Shown one piece after another: positions 17,499-28,030 of a stretch of DNA of 64,000 nucleotides; the stretch's first letter is position 1; the number at the start of each line of letters is the position of its first letter. A model generated the notes under the pieces. The model was not told where the DNA came from, searched no databases, and saw nothing but the letters and a program-made list of their open reading frames with translations. A program made the position numbers and the translations under genes. The DNA is from an uncultured Candidatus Saccharibacteria bacterium (GTDB taxonomy: Bacteria > Patescibacteriota > Minisyncoccia > Phycocordibacterales > SW-6-46-9), in NCBI GenBank assembly GCA_964534365.1, contig CAZHOI010000003.1, forward strand, positions 4,310 to 68,309, read 5' to 3'.

Positions 17499-17570
17499 GG
17501 CGCGGTGGCGAAGTGGTAACGCCGGGGACTGCAAATCCTCTATGCCCGAGTTCGATTCTCGGTCGCGCCT
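17499..17570 (+). tRNA. tRNA-Cys(GCA)
   Basis: GGCGCGG/TCGCGCC acceptor, CTGCAAA anticodon loop, TTCGATT. Confidence 0.95.
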
Positions 17571-17630
17571 CTAGTTAATTGATAACCTTTGACAGGAACT
17601 CATCCCTCGGCATAAGGATGAATATCGCGA

Positions 17631-17954
17631 TTATAAATTTTGGGAAATTTCGTCTAGTCGTTGACGATGACGTTCGCCCACATCCAGTTTGAAAGTGAAA
17701 AAAGGTAGACGTTTGATCGTTAATCGACCTTTAGCAAAACTTCGTAACTCGGCGGCGTGTCGATTCAGGAAATCTTCGGCTTTATGTTGTTCAGTAGCAG
17801 GAATGGTAGTAAAAAAAATAGTACAGGCGCGAATATCAGGCGATACATCAGCACGAGTAACGGTAATTAAGCTTTGTGGATTGGCAATTCCACTAACAAA
17901 TTCTGCTGCGGTTTCGCGGAATAGTTCATTTAATCTGTCCTGTCGTTTTGTCAT
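17631..17954 (-). CDS. rbfA: Ribosome-binding factor A
   Basis: ITVTRADVSPD, KRLP..F.LD; follows infB. Confidence 0.85.
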   Translation of the reverse strand: MTKRQDRLNELFRETAAEFVSGIANPQSLITVTRADVSPDIRACTIFFTTIPATEQHKAEDFLNRHAAELRSFAKGRLTIKRLPFFTFKLDVGERHRQRLDEISQNL

Positions 17955-18044
17955 TATGGCAATAACTAATTAATAATTTATACAAGATTTTTGATGTGTT
18001 TGTTATCGAGATTTAGTAATTACCAAAAGGCTAATTATTTTGGT

Positions 18045-19553
18045 TTATTCTTCAACCTCCTGAAAAGCCTCAATTACATCCCCTGGGGCAACTTCTAGTT
18101 TGGCTTCTAGGGAACAACCAAATTCAAAACCTTCTTCAACACGATCGGTTTCAGATCGCGATTGTTGCAAACCGTAAATAGAGCCTTTGCCAATAACCTC
18201 ATCACGACGAATAATATTTACCCGAGCCCCCTTATTTAATTCGCCTTCAACAACCTTCCCGCCAATAATTTGTTTTGATTTGGATCGGTTAAAAGTTTTA
18301 AGGATCTTGGCCTTGCCAATTGTTTTTTCCACGGTTCGTTTAGGTGTTCGCAGCTCCTGTTCATTTTCTAGGTATTCGATCAGTTCATAAATTATTTTAA
18401 ATGAATTGAACTTGACTTGTTGGCGCTCGGCTAGGTCTGCCGCATTATTATCAATCCCAACTCCAAAACCTACTACCAATCCATTTTTTTGCGATCCTGC
18501 GCTGCGAATGTCGCTTTCAGAAATATTACCAGTGCCAGTATCAATTACCTTGAACTCCGTGCGTTCTTGATCCAATTTCGAAATTTCATACTTAATAGCC
18601 TCGATTGCTCCGGCAGAATCTGATTTGACTACTAATGGAATTACATTTTCTGCCAATGACTCATCAAAATATTGAATATCATTATTGGTTTCGTTTTCTG
18701 CCAGGTATTTCAGGGCGGCTTTTTTATTTTCGTGGGCTACAAAACTTTGTCCAACCGAAGGTAATTGATCAAAGCCAATTAATTGAACTGGGCTGGAAAA
18801 GGATGCTTCACGGATTTGTTTACCAGTAAAGTCCTTCATCACCCGAACTGGCGCCAATGACTCTCCCGCAGTAACTCCCTGTGAAGATCGCAGGGTTCCA
18901 TCTTTAATTATCAGGGTCGCAGCAATACCGGCCTGGGGATCAATATTTGATTCCAGCACATAACCTTCTGCCAGCTGATTGCGATCAGCGGTTAATTCTT
19001 CCAAATCAGCCATCAAATGAATGGTGTCCAGTAATTCTTCTACTCCGTCTCCAGTTTTTGCTGAAATTTGATTAATTGGAATTTCGCCTCCATAACCCTC
19101 GACATAAATTTCGTTCTCTATCAGGGAAGTGATTGCTTTATTAGCATCAGCATTAGCCAGATCAATTTTATTTAGCGCCACACAAAAAGGAATTTCAGAC
19201 TGCAGAATTGCTTTGTGAGCCTCTAGGGTTTGTTCATTTACTCCATCATCAGCCGCCACTACCAAAATAGCAATGTCAGCCACATTAGCACCATTTTGTC
19301 TCATTGATTGAAAGGCTTCATGCCCTGGAGTATCAATAAAGGTTATTTTTTTAGTTTCCCCAGCATGGTCACGTTCTAATTCATACGCCGAAATCGCTTG
19401 AGTAATGCCACCGGCCTCACCTTCAGTAGTGTTGGCGCTGCGAATATAATCCAACAACGTTGATTTACCATGATCAATATGGCCCATTACAACTATTACT
19501 GGAGGGCGTTTCTCAATTTGCGGTTTTTTATTCTGGTTCTTTTTTTTAGCCAT
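18045..19553 (-). CDS. infB: Translation initiation factor IF-2 (short form)
   Basis: RPPVIVVMGHIDHGKSTLLD, EAGGITQ, DTPGHEAF, NKID. Confidence 0.97.
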   Translation of the reverse strand: MAKKKNQNKKPQIEKRPPVIVVMGHIDHGKSTLLDYIRSANTTEGEAGGITQAISAYELERDHAGETKKITFIDTPGHEAFQSMRQNGANVADIAILVVAADDGVNEQTLEAHKAILQSEIPFCVALNKIDLANADANKAITSLIENEIYVEGYGGEIPINQISAKTGDGVEELLDTIHLMADLEELTADRNQLAEGYVLESNIDPQAGIAATLIIKDGTLRSSQGVTAGESLAPVRVMKDFTGKQIREASFSSPVQLIGFDQLPSVGQSFVAHENKKAALKYLAENETNNDIQYFDESLAENVIPLVVKSDSAGAIEAIKYEISKLDQERTEFKVIDTGTGNISESDIRSAGSQKNGLVVGFGVGIDNNAADLAERQQVKFNSFKIIYELIEYLENEQELRTPKRTVEKTIGKAKILKTFNRSKSKQIIGGKVVEGELNKGARVNIIRRDEVIGKGSIYGLQQSRSETDRVEEGFEFGCSLEAKLEVAPGDVIEAFQEVEE

Positions 19554-19747
19554 ATTATTTGTTTGTTAGAAATTTTAGACATTCACAACCCTCTAATAGT
19601 GAGTTTCGCTGGCTTGGTACCACTCATCTAAAATTGGGTAAAATTTAGGTTTTTAATATACTGATGTATATAAATCAGATAGATTTAATGCAGTGTAACA
19701 AAATCTCTTCATTTATGCTTGTATTATAGTTATTGTTATTAATATTA

Positions 19748-20971
19748 ATGAATTTCTTTACCGCCAAAAAACATCATTTTTCAGACGCAATATACCTAGA
19801 TTACATGGCCTCAACCCCAGTAGCCAAACCGGTATTGCAGGCTATTTCTGACTATCATAAGAATAATTTTGGCAATCCACATTCTAATCACAGCTACGGT
19901 GTGAAAGCCCGTAAAGTGTTCGACGAATCGTTAAATAAAATTGGCAAAATACTAGCTGCACCGGCTGGTAGCTTGACGGCTACCTCGGGTGCCACCGAAT
20001 CTAATGCGATTGCTCTGCAAGGGGTAATAGACCGCGCGATCAATTTAGGAATTGATAAGCCTCATGTGATTATTTCGGAAATTGAACATGCTACGGTGGC
20101 TGGAATCAAGAAATTAGCAGAATCAGAAAAAATAGAATTAGATTATATTACAGTCGATAACAGCGGAATTATTGAATATAAAAAATTACTTGATTTGATT
20201 AAACCAAATACTATTTTAGTTTCTGTCATGTTGGTCAATAGCGAGATTGGTACGGTGCAACCTTTGAACGAGTTATCGCGTGAAATTAGAAGATGGCAGA
20301 AAAAGAATTTGTCTTTGAATAATCAACAATCAAATTATCCACTATTACACACCGATGCTTCTCAGGCCTTTTTAACCCAAGAAATAAAACTCAATCAACT
20401 GCATGTTGACTTGCTGACATTAAATGGGCATAAAATATATGCCCCAATTGGAACTGGATTACTGTATATTAGACCGACTATTAAAGGCCTGATTCAGCCG
20501 ATATTTATATCAAATTATGAAACAGAGTTTATTCGACCGGGAACATCGGCGCCAGCTAATGCCTTGGCGCTGGCTACCGCAATGTCTATGGTAGAACATA
20601 AACGCGCTGATTTTGTAGTAAAGGCTCAGAAATTATTTGAATATCTTGCTCAAGAACTGACATTGATAGGAGGTCAGATTAATGGATCAACCGTTCTGTT
20701 TGAAGAACGCTCTCCTCACAACATTAGCGTTAGTTTTGAAAATATAAATCATGAATTCTTACAATTTCAATTAGATGCATGGGGAATTTCAGTAGCCACA
20801 AGAAGCGCTTGCTTGGAAAGTGGCGGGGAAGGATCGCGGGTACTCCAACACCTTGACACAGAATCAGATCAGGCACTGCGTATTAGTTTTGGTTATGAAA
20901 CCGAAAAAAAAGACCTGCAAATATTGGTAACTAGTTTAAAAAAAGCAATTGATATACAACAATCCGTGTAG
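19748..20971 (+). CDS. iscS: Cysteine desulfurase (IscS/NifS family)
   Basis: IYLDYMASTP, GNPHS, TSGATESN, HTDASQ, GHKIYAP, SAC. Confidence 0.85.
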   Translation: MNFFTAKKHHFSDAIYLDYMASTPVAKPVLQAISDYHKNNFGNPHSNHSYGVKARKVFDESLNKIGKILAAPAGSLTATSGATESNAIALQGVIDRAINLGIDKPHVIISEIEHATVAGIKKLAESEKIELDYITVDNSGIIEYKKLLDLIKPNTILVSVMLVNSEIGTVQPLNELSREIRRWQKKNLSLNNQQSNYPLLHTDASQAFLTQEIKLNQLHVDLLTLNGHKIYAPIGTGLLYIRPTIKGLIQPIFISNYETEFIRPGTSAPANALALATAMSMVEHKRADFVVKAQKLFEYLAQELTLIGGQINGSTVLFEERSPHNISVSFENINHEFLQFQLDAWGISVATRSACLESGGEGSRVLQHLDTESDQALRISFGYETEKKDLQILVTSLKKAIDIQQSV

Positions 20972-21066
20972 TTTACAGGCTTTATCCCAAATGGTTTTTA
21001 AAGTATAATATTAACTAGATTATTAAGTTAGTAAACGGACTAATTAATTAAATAACTCAAATATTA

Positions 21067-23823
21067 ATGATGCCTCCATTTCAGAGATTTACCCAGAAAG
21101 CCCGTGACGCTGTCCGGCACGCCCATGAACTGGCGATTCAGCGTGGTGAAAATCATGTTAATACGCTGCATTTGCTGGCGGCGTTATTATTGCAAGACGA
21201 GAGCCTGATTTTCTCGATCCTGGATCATTTAGCAATTGATTCGGACAAACTAACTGATACGGTTGTTGATGCAATTGAGGTCGATACCGACGGGGAAGAC
21301 GCCGAGGCCACCATCGAGCCGATGAGTCAGATCTTCTTGACCCCTGATTTTGCCAAAGTATTAGAATCAGCCCTTGAACTGTCAAATTCATTCCAGGAAG
21401 AAAAAGTATCTACCGAACACCTGTTTCTAGCCATATTTTCAGTGCCATCTCCAGGACGTGAAATCTTGTCACGTTTTAAAGTCGAGGCGAAACAGGTAAC
21501 GCAAGCAATGAATGATTTAAAAAACGACCGAATCAAAGATGTCAAAACCGCGAGTCCTAAAAACAAAACTGTTGAACGTTTTACCCGCAACTTAACCAAA
21601 ATGGCCAAAGATAACAAACTTGACCCCGTTATCGGCCGTGATCAAGAAATTAATCGCGTAATTCAAATTTTGTCGCGGCGTACTAAAAATAACCCAGTGT
21701 TACTAGGGGAACCAGGCGTAGGTAAAACGGCTATTGTTGAAGGTTTGGCCATCAGAATGGCTACTGGCGATGTGCCAGAATCATTAAAAGGTAAGGAATT
21801 AGTGTCACTAGATTTAGGGTCATTAGTCGCCGGAACGAAATACCGGGGCGAATTTGAAGATCGCCTGAAAAAGATTATGAAGGAAATTGAAAAGGCCAAA
21901 GGTCAGTTGGTTCTGTTTATTGATGAAATTCATACCATTGTAGGGGCTGGATCAGCCGAAGGTTCCATGGATGCATCAAATATGCTAAAACCTGCTCTGG
22001 CCAGAGGCGAACTGCGCGCGATTGGCGCCACTACCCTCAAGGAGTATCAAAAATATATTGAAAAAGATTCAGCCCTCACACGACGTTTTCAACCCGTTTA
22101 CGTGAACGAACCCAATAGCGAAGATGCGATTGCGATTTTGCGGGGACTCAAAGAAAAGTACGAGGTATTTCATGGGGTCAAAATATTGGACGAAGCCCTG
22201 TCATCATCGGTTGGACTATCATCACGCTATATTACTGATCGTTTTCTACCAGACAAAGCGATTGATTTAATTGATGAAGCATCGTCCAGTCTGCGAATGA
22301 CCCTGGAGAATAAACCGGCTGATCTAGAAGCCGCGCATCGCAAGATTATGCGCCTAGAGATTGAAAAGCGGGCCCTCGAAAAAGAGGCTAGTGACAATGA
22401 TAAAGCCGCCAAGCGCCTTGACGAGATCGAAACCCAAATTGCTAATTTGCAGGAAAACACCCATGAACTGGAGCTTAAATGGCAAAATGAAAAGGAAACT
22501 TTGGATCAAATTAAATCCCTAAAGGTCGAGGCAGAAGAATTAAAGGTTGAAGCCGATAACGCCGAGAGCGCAGCTGATCTAACTCGAGCTGCCGAAATAC
22601 GTTATGGCGATTTACCCGAAGTTGAGCGCGAGCTTGATACTAAATCCAAAAAATTGAAACGTCTGCAGCGATCCCGTCGCATTCTAAAAGAAGAAGTCGG
22701 TGAAGAAGAGATCGCTGACGTTGTTTCGCGCTGGACCGGAATTCCACTATCGCGCATGTTGGAAGGCGAGGCCAAGCGCCTACAAAAAATTGAGGACGAG
22801 CTAAAAAAACGCGTCAAAGGCCAGGATGAAGCGGTCGAGAAAATATCTGATGCGATCAAACGATCACGGGCCGGGGTGTCTGATCCCGACAAACCAATTG
22901 GTTCATTTATGTTTTTAGGCCCTACCGGGGTTGGAAAAACCGAACTAACTAAAGCCTTAGCTGATTATTTATTTGATGATGAAGAAGCCCTGATTAGGGT
23001 AGATATGTCCGAGTTGATGGACAGGCATTCTACCTCGAAATTAATTGGCGCCCCCGCTGGATACGTTGGTTATGACGAGGGTGGACAATTAACCGAACAG
23101 GTTCGACACCGGCCGTATTCAGTAGTTCTATTTGACGAAATTGAAAAGGCACACCCCGATGTATTTAACATTTTATTACAGGTACTTGACAATGGGCGCC
23201 TAACCGATACCAAAGGTAGGGTGGTAAACTTTAAAAACACCGTAATTGTGATGACGTCAAACGTGGGTGCTGAACACATTGATCAGATGGAATCATTGGG
23301 ATTTGGTACCTCGCAAAAAGATGATTACGAAGGGGTCAAGGATAAAGTTATGGACGCCCTAAAGCGTCAGTTCCGTCCCGAATTCATTAACCGAGTAGAT
23401 GAAATAATTCTGTTTGATGTTTTGAAACCGAAAACGGTACGCAAAATTGTTGATGTGCAACTAACCCGTGTAATTAACCGAATGAATAATAAAGAAATTA
23501 AAATTAAATTTAGTGATGAGGTGCGCGATTACCTGGCTGAAAAGGGCTATGACCCACGATTCGGCGCCAGGCCATTAAAACGGGTAATCCAGCGCAAAAT
23601 CCTCTCGCCGGTTGCAAATGAAATTATTGCGGGTAAGGTAGTAGAAGGTGGCGAAATTGAAGTCGAGCTAAAATCCAGTTCCGACAAAGACTCTAATGGA
23701 ACGCCAGGTGATGAACCGGTAGTAAAAATAGTTAAAAAAGGTCGAGGTAAAACCAAAGCCGGTCGGGCCCGTAAAGAACAGAAAGCACAAAAAGAATTGA
23801 GCAAAGAAAAAGTAGCGGCCTAG
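21067..23823 (+). CDS. clpB: ATP-dependent chaperone ClpB
   Basis: Clp-N region, two AAA+ modules ([16 protein letters not shown]), long coiled-coil middle domain. Confidence 0.93.
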   Translation: MMPPFQRFTQKARDAVRHAHELAIQRGENHVNTLHLLAALLLQDESLIFSILDHLAIDSDKLTDTVVDAIEVDTDGEDAEATIEPMSQIFLTPDFAKVLESALELSNSFQEEKVSTEHLFLAIFSVPSPGREILSRFKVEAKQVTQAMNDLKNDRIKDVKTASPKNKTVERFTRNLTKMAKDNKLDPVIGRDQEINRVIQILSRRTKNNPVLLGEPGVGKTAIVEGLAIRMATGDVPESLKGKELVSLDLGSLVAGTKYRGEFEDRLKKIMKEIEKAKGQLVLFIDEIHTIVGAGSAEGSMDASNMLKPALARGELRAIGATTLKEYQKYIEKDSALTRRFQPVYVNEPNSEDAIAILRGLKEKYEVFHGVKILDEALSSSVGLSSRYITDRFLPDKAIDLIDEASSSLRMTLENKPADLEAAHRKIMRLEIEKRALEKEASDNDKAAKRLDEIETQIANLQENTHELELKWQNEKETLDQIKSLKVEAEELKVEADNAESAADLTRAAEIRYGDLPEVERELDTKSKKLKRLQRSRRILKEEVGEEEIADVVSRWTGIPLSRMLEGEAKRLQKIEDELKKRVKGQDEAVEKISDAIKRSRAGVSDPDKPIGSFMFLGPTGVGKTELTKALADYLFDDEEALIRVDMSELMDRHSTSKLIGAPAGYVGYDEGGQLTEQVRHRPYSVVLFDEIEKAHPDVFNILLQVLDNGRLTDTKGRVVNFKNTVIVMTSNVGAEHIDQMESLGFGTSQKDDYEGVKDKVMDALKRQFRPEFINRVDEIILFDVLKPKTVRKIVDVQLTRVINRMNNKEIKIKFSDEVRDYLAEKGYDPRFGARPLKRVIQRKILSPVANEIIAGKVVEGGEIEVELKSSSDKDSNGTPGDEPVVKIVKKGRGKTKAGRARKEQKAQKELSKEKVAA

Positions 23824-23889
23824 CGGTCAAAACTGGCATCAGTCATAAAAATATTCTAAACTCTAATTTACAAAGAATTTCTTTGTAAC

Positions 23890-23973
23890 GCGTCGATGGC
23901 AGAGCGGTCAAATGCACGAGACTGTAAATCTCGCGACTTTAAGTCTACGCAAGTTCGAATCTTGCTCGGCGCA
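23890..23973 (+). tRNA. tRNA-Tyr(GTA)
   Basis: GCGTCGA/TCGGCGC acceptor, CGAGA-CTGTAAA-TCTCG, variable arm. Confidence 0.95.
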
Positions 23974-23975
23974 CT

Positions 23976-24017
23976 AGCGCAGAAACCCGATAGGTTTAAT
24001 CTATCGGGTTTTGTGCT
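23976..24017 (+). terminator. Hairpin after tRNA-Tyr
   Basis: AGCGCAGAAACCCGATAG...CTATCGGGTTTTGTGCT. Confidence 0.65.
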
Positions 24018-24445
24018 TTAGCACCAAGGTTCGAAGCAAGGTACTGGGAGTGATAGCGAGCAGCAAATCTTGCTCGGCACACTTTTTTGCAATCAGTAAT
24101 CCCGAGTTGCGGGACTACATCGCTATGGCATAGAAATTAAAATTTCTATTAGCAACATTAGTATCTGAAATTTGAAGCAAGATGCTGGGGAATGTGAGAA
24201 GTGTTTTCGCTAGGGTATAGGTTTTTTAAAAATTATTAGCTGATTTCGCCATAAGGCTGAATTAGAGTGATACGAGTGATTAATTAGGAGTCAGCAAATT
24301 TCTTAATAAATTATTTACAAAACCTTTCACAAAACTGTTTTTTGTTGTATAAAGTAGCTAGACCATCCCTCTGGCTCTCGTCAACCCTGACTAGAGCTTT
24401 AACCAGAGAGCGCTGGATTGCTGCTCTCGTACCCCCAATACTTAC

Positions 24446-25240
24446 ATGGCGTGGCTTGACTCCATCCTCAAAATTGGTTCTTCAGAAGAAAAAAAGTACA
24501 TAGCTGATCAAGCTCAGCCAGAAAAGGATACCGATTCTGATGAATTAAGTGAAGATCTACCTACAACAAGCAAGGACAATAAACGCTTAACCGTCAAAAA
24601 AACTCAAGTTGCCCAGATGCAACAAAAACAAAAAGAAAGACTTGAAAAGGAAGCTCGAGCAATAAATCCTGCCAAGCTAGACGATGATTATCGCCCGCAA
24701 GCAAGAGCTACTCCTAGAACAAAGGAGGACATCCTTGCTTCTCAGCGGGGTAGTAATTCCTCTCCGGTTCCGAAAGGTTCAAGTTCTGACGAAAATCAGT
24801 TAAAAGCTTTTGAGTTAACTGAGGATCAAGCGGCATTAAGAGCTGCAAAGATATTCTGGTTTATTTTCCAAGAAATATCTAGGGTGCCACTGGCAGCAGG
24901 CCGAAGCTATTCTGAACAGCTGCGTAACACCCTTCTTTTAACTCACCTTAAAGAGCTGGGAGGCTTAGAGCTAAAAAGCCAGGTGGTCAACGCTATTGCG
25001 GATGTTAGTCCTGATAGTAATGAAGAAGGGTTTGTAAATTCTGTCAGTAGATCACTGGCTGCTATCGAGCTCAGAGAGCTAAGGCAGCTAGTACTTCTAC
25101 TCGATCACGACCTCGCATATAGACAAAAAAGCTTTGTCAAATACCGTGAGGAAGTGGAAAGTGCTGAAACAAGACAAATTCTGGGTACTTCAACCTTGCC
25201 GCCCAAGTTGGCTGGCATGAGGCTACTAGCTGGCGGCTGA
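24446..25240 (+). CDS. Hypothetical protein
   Basis: 264-aa ORF, low-complexity N half, helical C half. Confidence 0.7.
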   Translation: MAWLDSILKIGSSEEKKYIADQAQPEKDTDSDELSEDLPTTSKDNKRLTVKKTQVAQMQQKQKERLEKEARAINPAKLDDDYRPQARATPRTKEDILASQRGSNSSPVPKGSSSDENQLKAFELTEDQAALRAAKIFWFIFQEISRVPLAAGRSYSEQLRNTLLLTHLKELGGLELKSQVVNAIADVSPDSNEEGFVNSVSRSLAAIELRELRQLVLLLDHDLAYRQKSFVKYREEVESAETRQILGTSTLPPKLAGMRLLAGG

Positions 25241-25493
25241 TATGGCACTACACCTTACGGCCCGTATGCAGGTAAAGCTGACGGGCTGATCATAAAGGTA
25301 GAGCATAGTTCTTTATACCGATCGCAGACATCATCTCGGTGGTGCCTGTTTTTTATATAAAACCACAATATAAAGATTAATAAAGTCCTTGAATAATAAC
25401 CTTATTTATTGTTTAATATGCGGTAATTGACCCTGGAACGTGGCCTTGCGCCCGCTCGGGCACGTTCTCTCACACACAACCATATACATACCC

Positions 25494-26861
25494 ATGAAAA
25501 AGCACATGCTTGCCATGTTGGCGCTGCTGTGCTTCAGCACGCCAGCCCAAGCCTCGGCGGACTACGCCCAGATGCAGCTCCCCGAGGGAGCAACTGACGG
25601 AGCCTTCGGGCTCTACCGCGATGCTGGGCTCCTCGAGCTCTGGCACGCTGATTCAGTCAAAGCTTACAGCACCGAGGTTTCCGACTGGACGAATGAGCCA
25701 GCCGGAACCAACATTGTGGTGCGCCGCGAAGTCCGCGACCACTACAGCAATGTATCTACCCGTGCTACGCCGCCCCGGCGTACTGGTGGCTCTACATCTT
25801 CGACTACTGTTGTCCAGGGCTTTACTCAGGCTCAGGTTAACGCGCTTGTAGCCCAAGCGGTTGCCCAAGCCAGGAACGAGACAATAGACAGCATGCAGGC
25901 TGTCTTCGACGCGAGGGAAATCTCAGCCGATAACTCAGAAGAGGCTGCCGATCCTACAGGTGAGGGCGATAACTTTATTGTCCACCACTTGGACAATCTG
26001 TGGAATAACTACCGTTGGCTGGTCCTTACTGGTTTAATAGTGTTGCTGGTAGCGATACTACTGCTAGTAGGATCTATGCGAGGCTGGGACCGTCCAGTTC
26101 GCCAGAAAATCCAGCAGTGGAAAGAAAAACGGGACTTAGAAAAAGAAGCGAAGAAAAACGGCGATGATGCCGTTGCTGAAATCCGAGAGGAACTTGGTGA
26201 AGAACCTCCGCTGTGGAGAAGAAGCCTGGAGAAGCTGCGAGCCTTGTTTAATGGGAGCGAAGATGACTCACAGGAAGAGGTCGATGATGACCTTCCATCT
26301 GATGAGGCACTCTTAGCTGCTCAAATCGAAGAGGGCATAGCTCCTGGTTTGCCCTCAACTCCTCCGCTGCCGCCTTTAGCGCCTGCTGATCTATCTGAAG
26401 AAGAAATATCGGCCCGAAAAGAGGCCGCGGCCAGCGCTCAAGAGAAAAGGGCAAAAGAGCGATCCAGTAAGGGATCCTCAAGTGTAACCCAGGTAAAACC
26501 TCAACTTCAGGAGGGGGTCAAAGAGGATACCCCCTTGAAAGCAGGCCTCAAGAAAAAGTATGACTTCGTTGAACAAGATAAAGTTGTGCTAGAGCTTCCC
26601 GCTTTTGAACAAGAGGTAATCGTTACCTTAGAGGGATTCAGAAGTACTAAAGCATGGCTTATAATCAGTGGGGGCAGGAACACCTACGCCTATTTGGTGA
26701 AGGGTAAAGTTCAATTACTGCCCGTTCAAGAGCTGGATGTTATCCGAGAGGGTAACGTCGCTGATAGAAGACTAAACGATTGGGGGCTAACAAGGATGTC
26801 CCCTAATACAGCCGACAAAAGCGATGAAATCCCTGGATTCCTTCGCAAGATGATGGACTAA
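25494..26861 (+). CDS. Hypothetical single-pass membrane protein with signal peptide
   Basis: MKKHMLAMLALLCFSTPAQA signal; TM segment WLVLTGLIVLLVAILLLV; C-terminal DEIPGFLRK. Confidence 0.75.
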   Translation: MKKHMLAMLALLCFSTPAQASADYAQMQLPEGATDGAFGLYRDAGLLELWHADSVKAYSTEVSDWTNEPAGTNIVVRREVRDHYSNVSTRATPPRRTGGSTSSTTVVQGFTQAQVNALVAQAVAQARNETIDSMQAVFDAREISADNSEEAADPTGEGDNFIVHHLDNLWNNYRWLVLTGLIVLLVAILLLVGSMRGWDRPVRQKIQQWKEKRDLEKEAKKNGDDAVAEIREELGEEPPLWRRSLEKLRALFNGSEDDSQEEVDDDLPSDEALLAAQIEEGIAPGLPSTPPLPPLAPADLSEEEISARKEAAASAQEKRAKERSSKGSSSVTQVKPQLQEGVKEDTPLKAGLKKKYDFVEQDKVVLELPAFEQEVIVTLEGFRSTKAWLIISGGRNTYAYLVKGKVQLLPVQELDVIREGNVADRRLNDWGLTRMSPNTADKSDEIPGFLRKMMD

Positions 26862-26886
26862 ACCAGGTAAACGGTTGTGTGGATAA

Positions 26887-26932
26887 GGTCGGTCTGTCGA
26901 GTGTGATATCACTCCCAGATCGACCGTTTTTT
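26887..26932 (+). terminator. Intrinsic terminator
   Basis: GGTCGGTCTG...CAGATCGACC followed by T-run. Confidence 0.7.
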
Positions 26933-26975
26933 TATTTCTATGGATAACTAATGATCAAGTCTTTATAATACTTGG

Positions 26976-27611
26976 ATGCAGACAGACTATTTAAAAGCGC
27001 TAAATTGGCGTTATGCCGTCAAGGAATTTGATGGTGATTATAAACTGCCAGCCGACAAACTAAATCGGATTTTAGAAGCTGCTAGATTGGCACCCAGTTC
27101 GTATGGACTAGAACCATGGCAGATAATTCACGTTCAAAATCCAGAACTACGGCAACAAATCCAGAAATCCGGGTATGGTCAGGAAAAGATCACCAATGCC
27201 TCGGAATTATTAGTTATTGCTGCTAAAACAGATGGCAAAGCTGCTAGCAGTGATTTAATAGATCGAATATCTAAAATTCGTAATATTGACAAGACGAAAT
27301 TAGAAGACTTCAAAAAAACAATAGATTCTAGTGTAGAATCACGTCGAAATGTTGGCAATGAAGTTGGTTGGCTGCAATCACAAACTTATATTCTATTAGG
27401 TTTCATTTTATTTGCAGCAGCTTTAGAGGGAGTCGACGCCTGTCCAATGGAGGGGTTTATACCGGAAAAAGTAACTAAAATACTACAACTCGAGCAAGAA
27501 GGCTTGGTTGCCACTACTATGGTTGCCCTGGGCAGACGATCAAGTTCAGATGAATACGCTGATAAAATCAAAGTACGCCAAGACTTAGCTGAACTAGTTC
27601 AAAATAAATAA
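26976..27611 (+). CDS. Nitroreductase (NfsB-like)
   Basis: WRYAVKEFD, LAPSSYGLEPW, DACPMEGF. Confidence 0.92.
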   Translation: MQTDYLKALNWRYAVKEFDGDYKLPADKLNRILEAARLAPSSYGLEPWQIIHVQNPELRQQIQKSGYGQEKITNASELLVIAAKTDGKAASSDLIDRISKIRNIDKTKLEDFKKTIDSSVESRRNVGNEVGWLQSQTYILLGFILFAAALEGVDACPMEGFIPEKVTKILQLEQEGLVATTMVALGRRSSSDEYADKIKVRQDLAELVQNK

Positions 27612-27652
27612 CTATTGTTATTATCAGTAATTTATTCTAAAATCTAGCAACT

Positions 27653-27949
27653 ATGGCTCAAAAAACAATGACAATTATCCAGAATAAACAAACTGGCTAC
27701 ACTTACTATACAACTCGCGCCAAAAAAGGCGAGAAGGCGGATGAAAAGTTAAAATTACGCAAGTACGATCCTATATTGCGGGCCCACGCCTGGTTTGAGG
27801 AGGTAAAGGGATCAAAGCCCAAGAAAAAGACCCGTTCGACTAGCGCTCAGGGTAAAAAGGGGAAGGTTGATAATTCAAATAATTCTGCCAAGAAAACTAA
27901 AGACGACAAAAACGATAAGAAAAACTTAGATAAGAGTTCAGAAAAGTAA
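27653..27949 (+). CDS. rpmG: 50S ribosomal protein L33 with Lys-rich C-terminal extension
   Basis: TGYTYYTT...KLKLRKYDPILRAHAWFEE. Confidence 0.85.
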   Translation: MAQKTMTIIQNKQTGYTYYTTRAKKGEKADEKLKLRKYDPILRAHAWFEEVKGSKPKKKTRSTSAQGKKGKVDNSNNSAKKTKDDKNDKKNLDKSSEK

Positions 27950-27984
27950 TCAGGATCTTGGATTAATTATATAGGGTTATTTTA

Positions 27985-28013
27985 GAAGTCCGACTTCCAA
28001 TGGAAGTCGGACT
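27985..28013. repeat. Nested REP-like palindrome
   Basis: AGTCCGACTTCCA-A-TGGAAGTCGGACT; GAAGTC-C-GACTTC is itself palindromic. Confidence 0.8.
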
Positions 28014-28030
28014 ACTTTACAATGCAATAA

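Noticed and set aside
21158-23804. Many 60-110 aa antisense or overlapping ORFs inside clpB (also nrdA, topA, parB, infB and others)
   Set aside because: Shadow frames of well-supported genes with no motifs of their own
26878-26886. Perfect DnaA box TGTGGATAA as an origin marker
   Set aside because: Only one perfect and one imperfect copy in a short intergenic gap with a terminator
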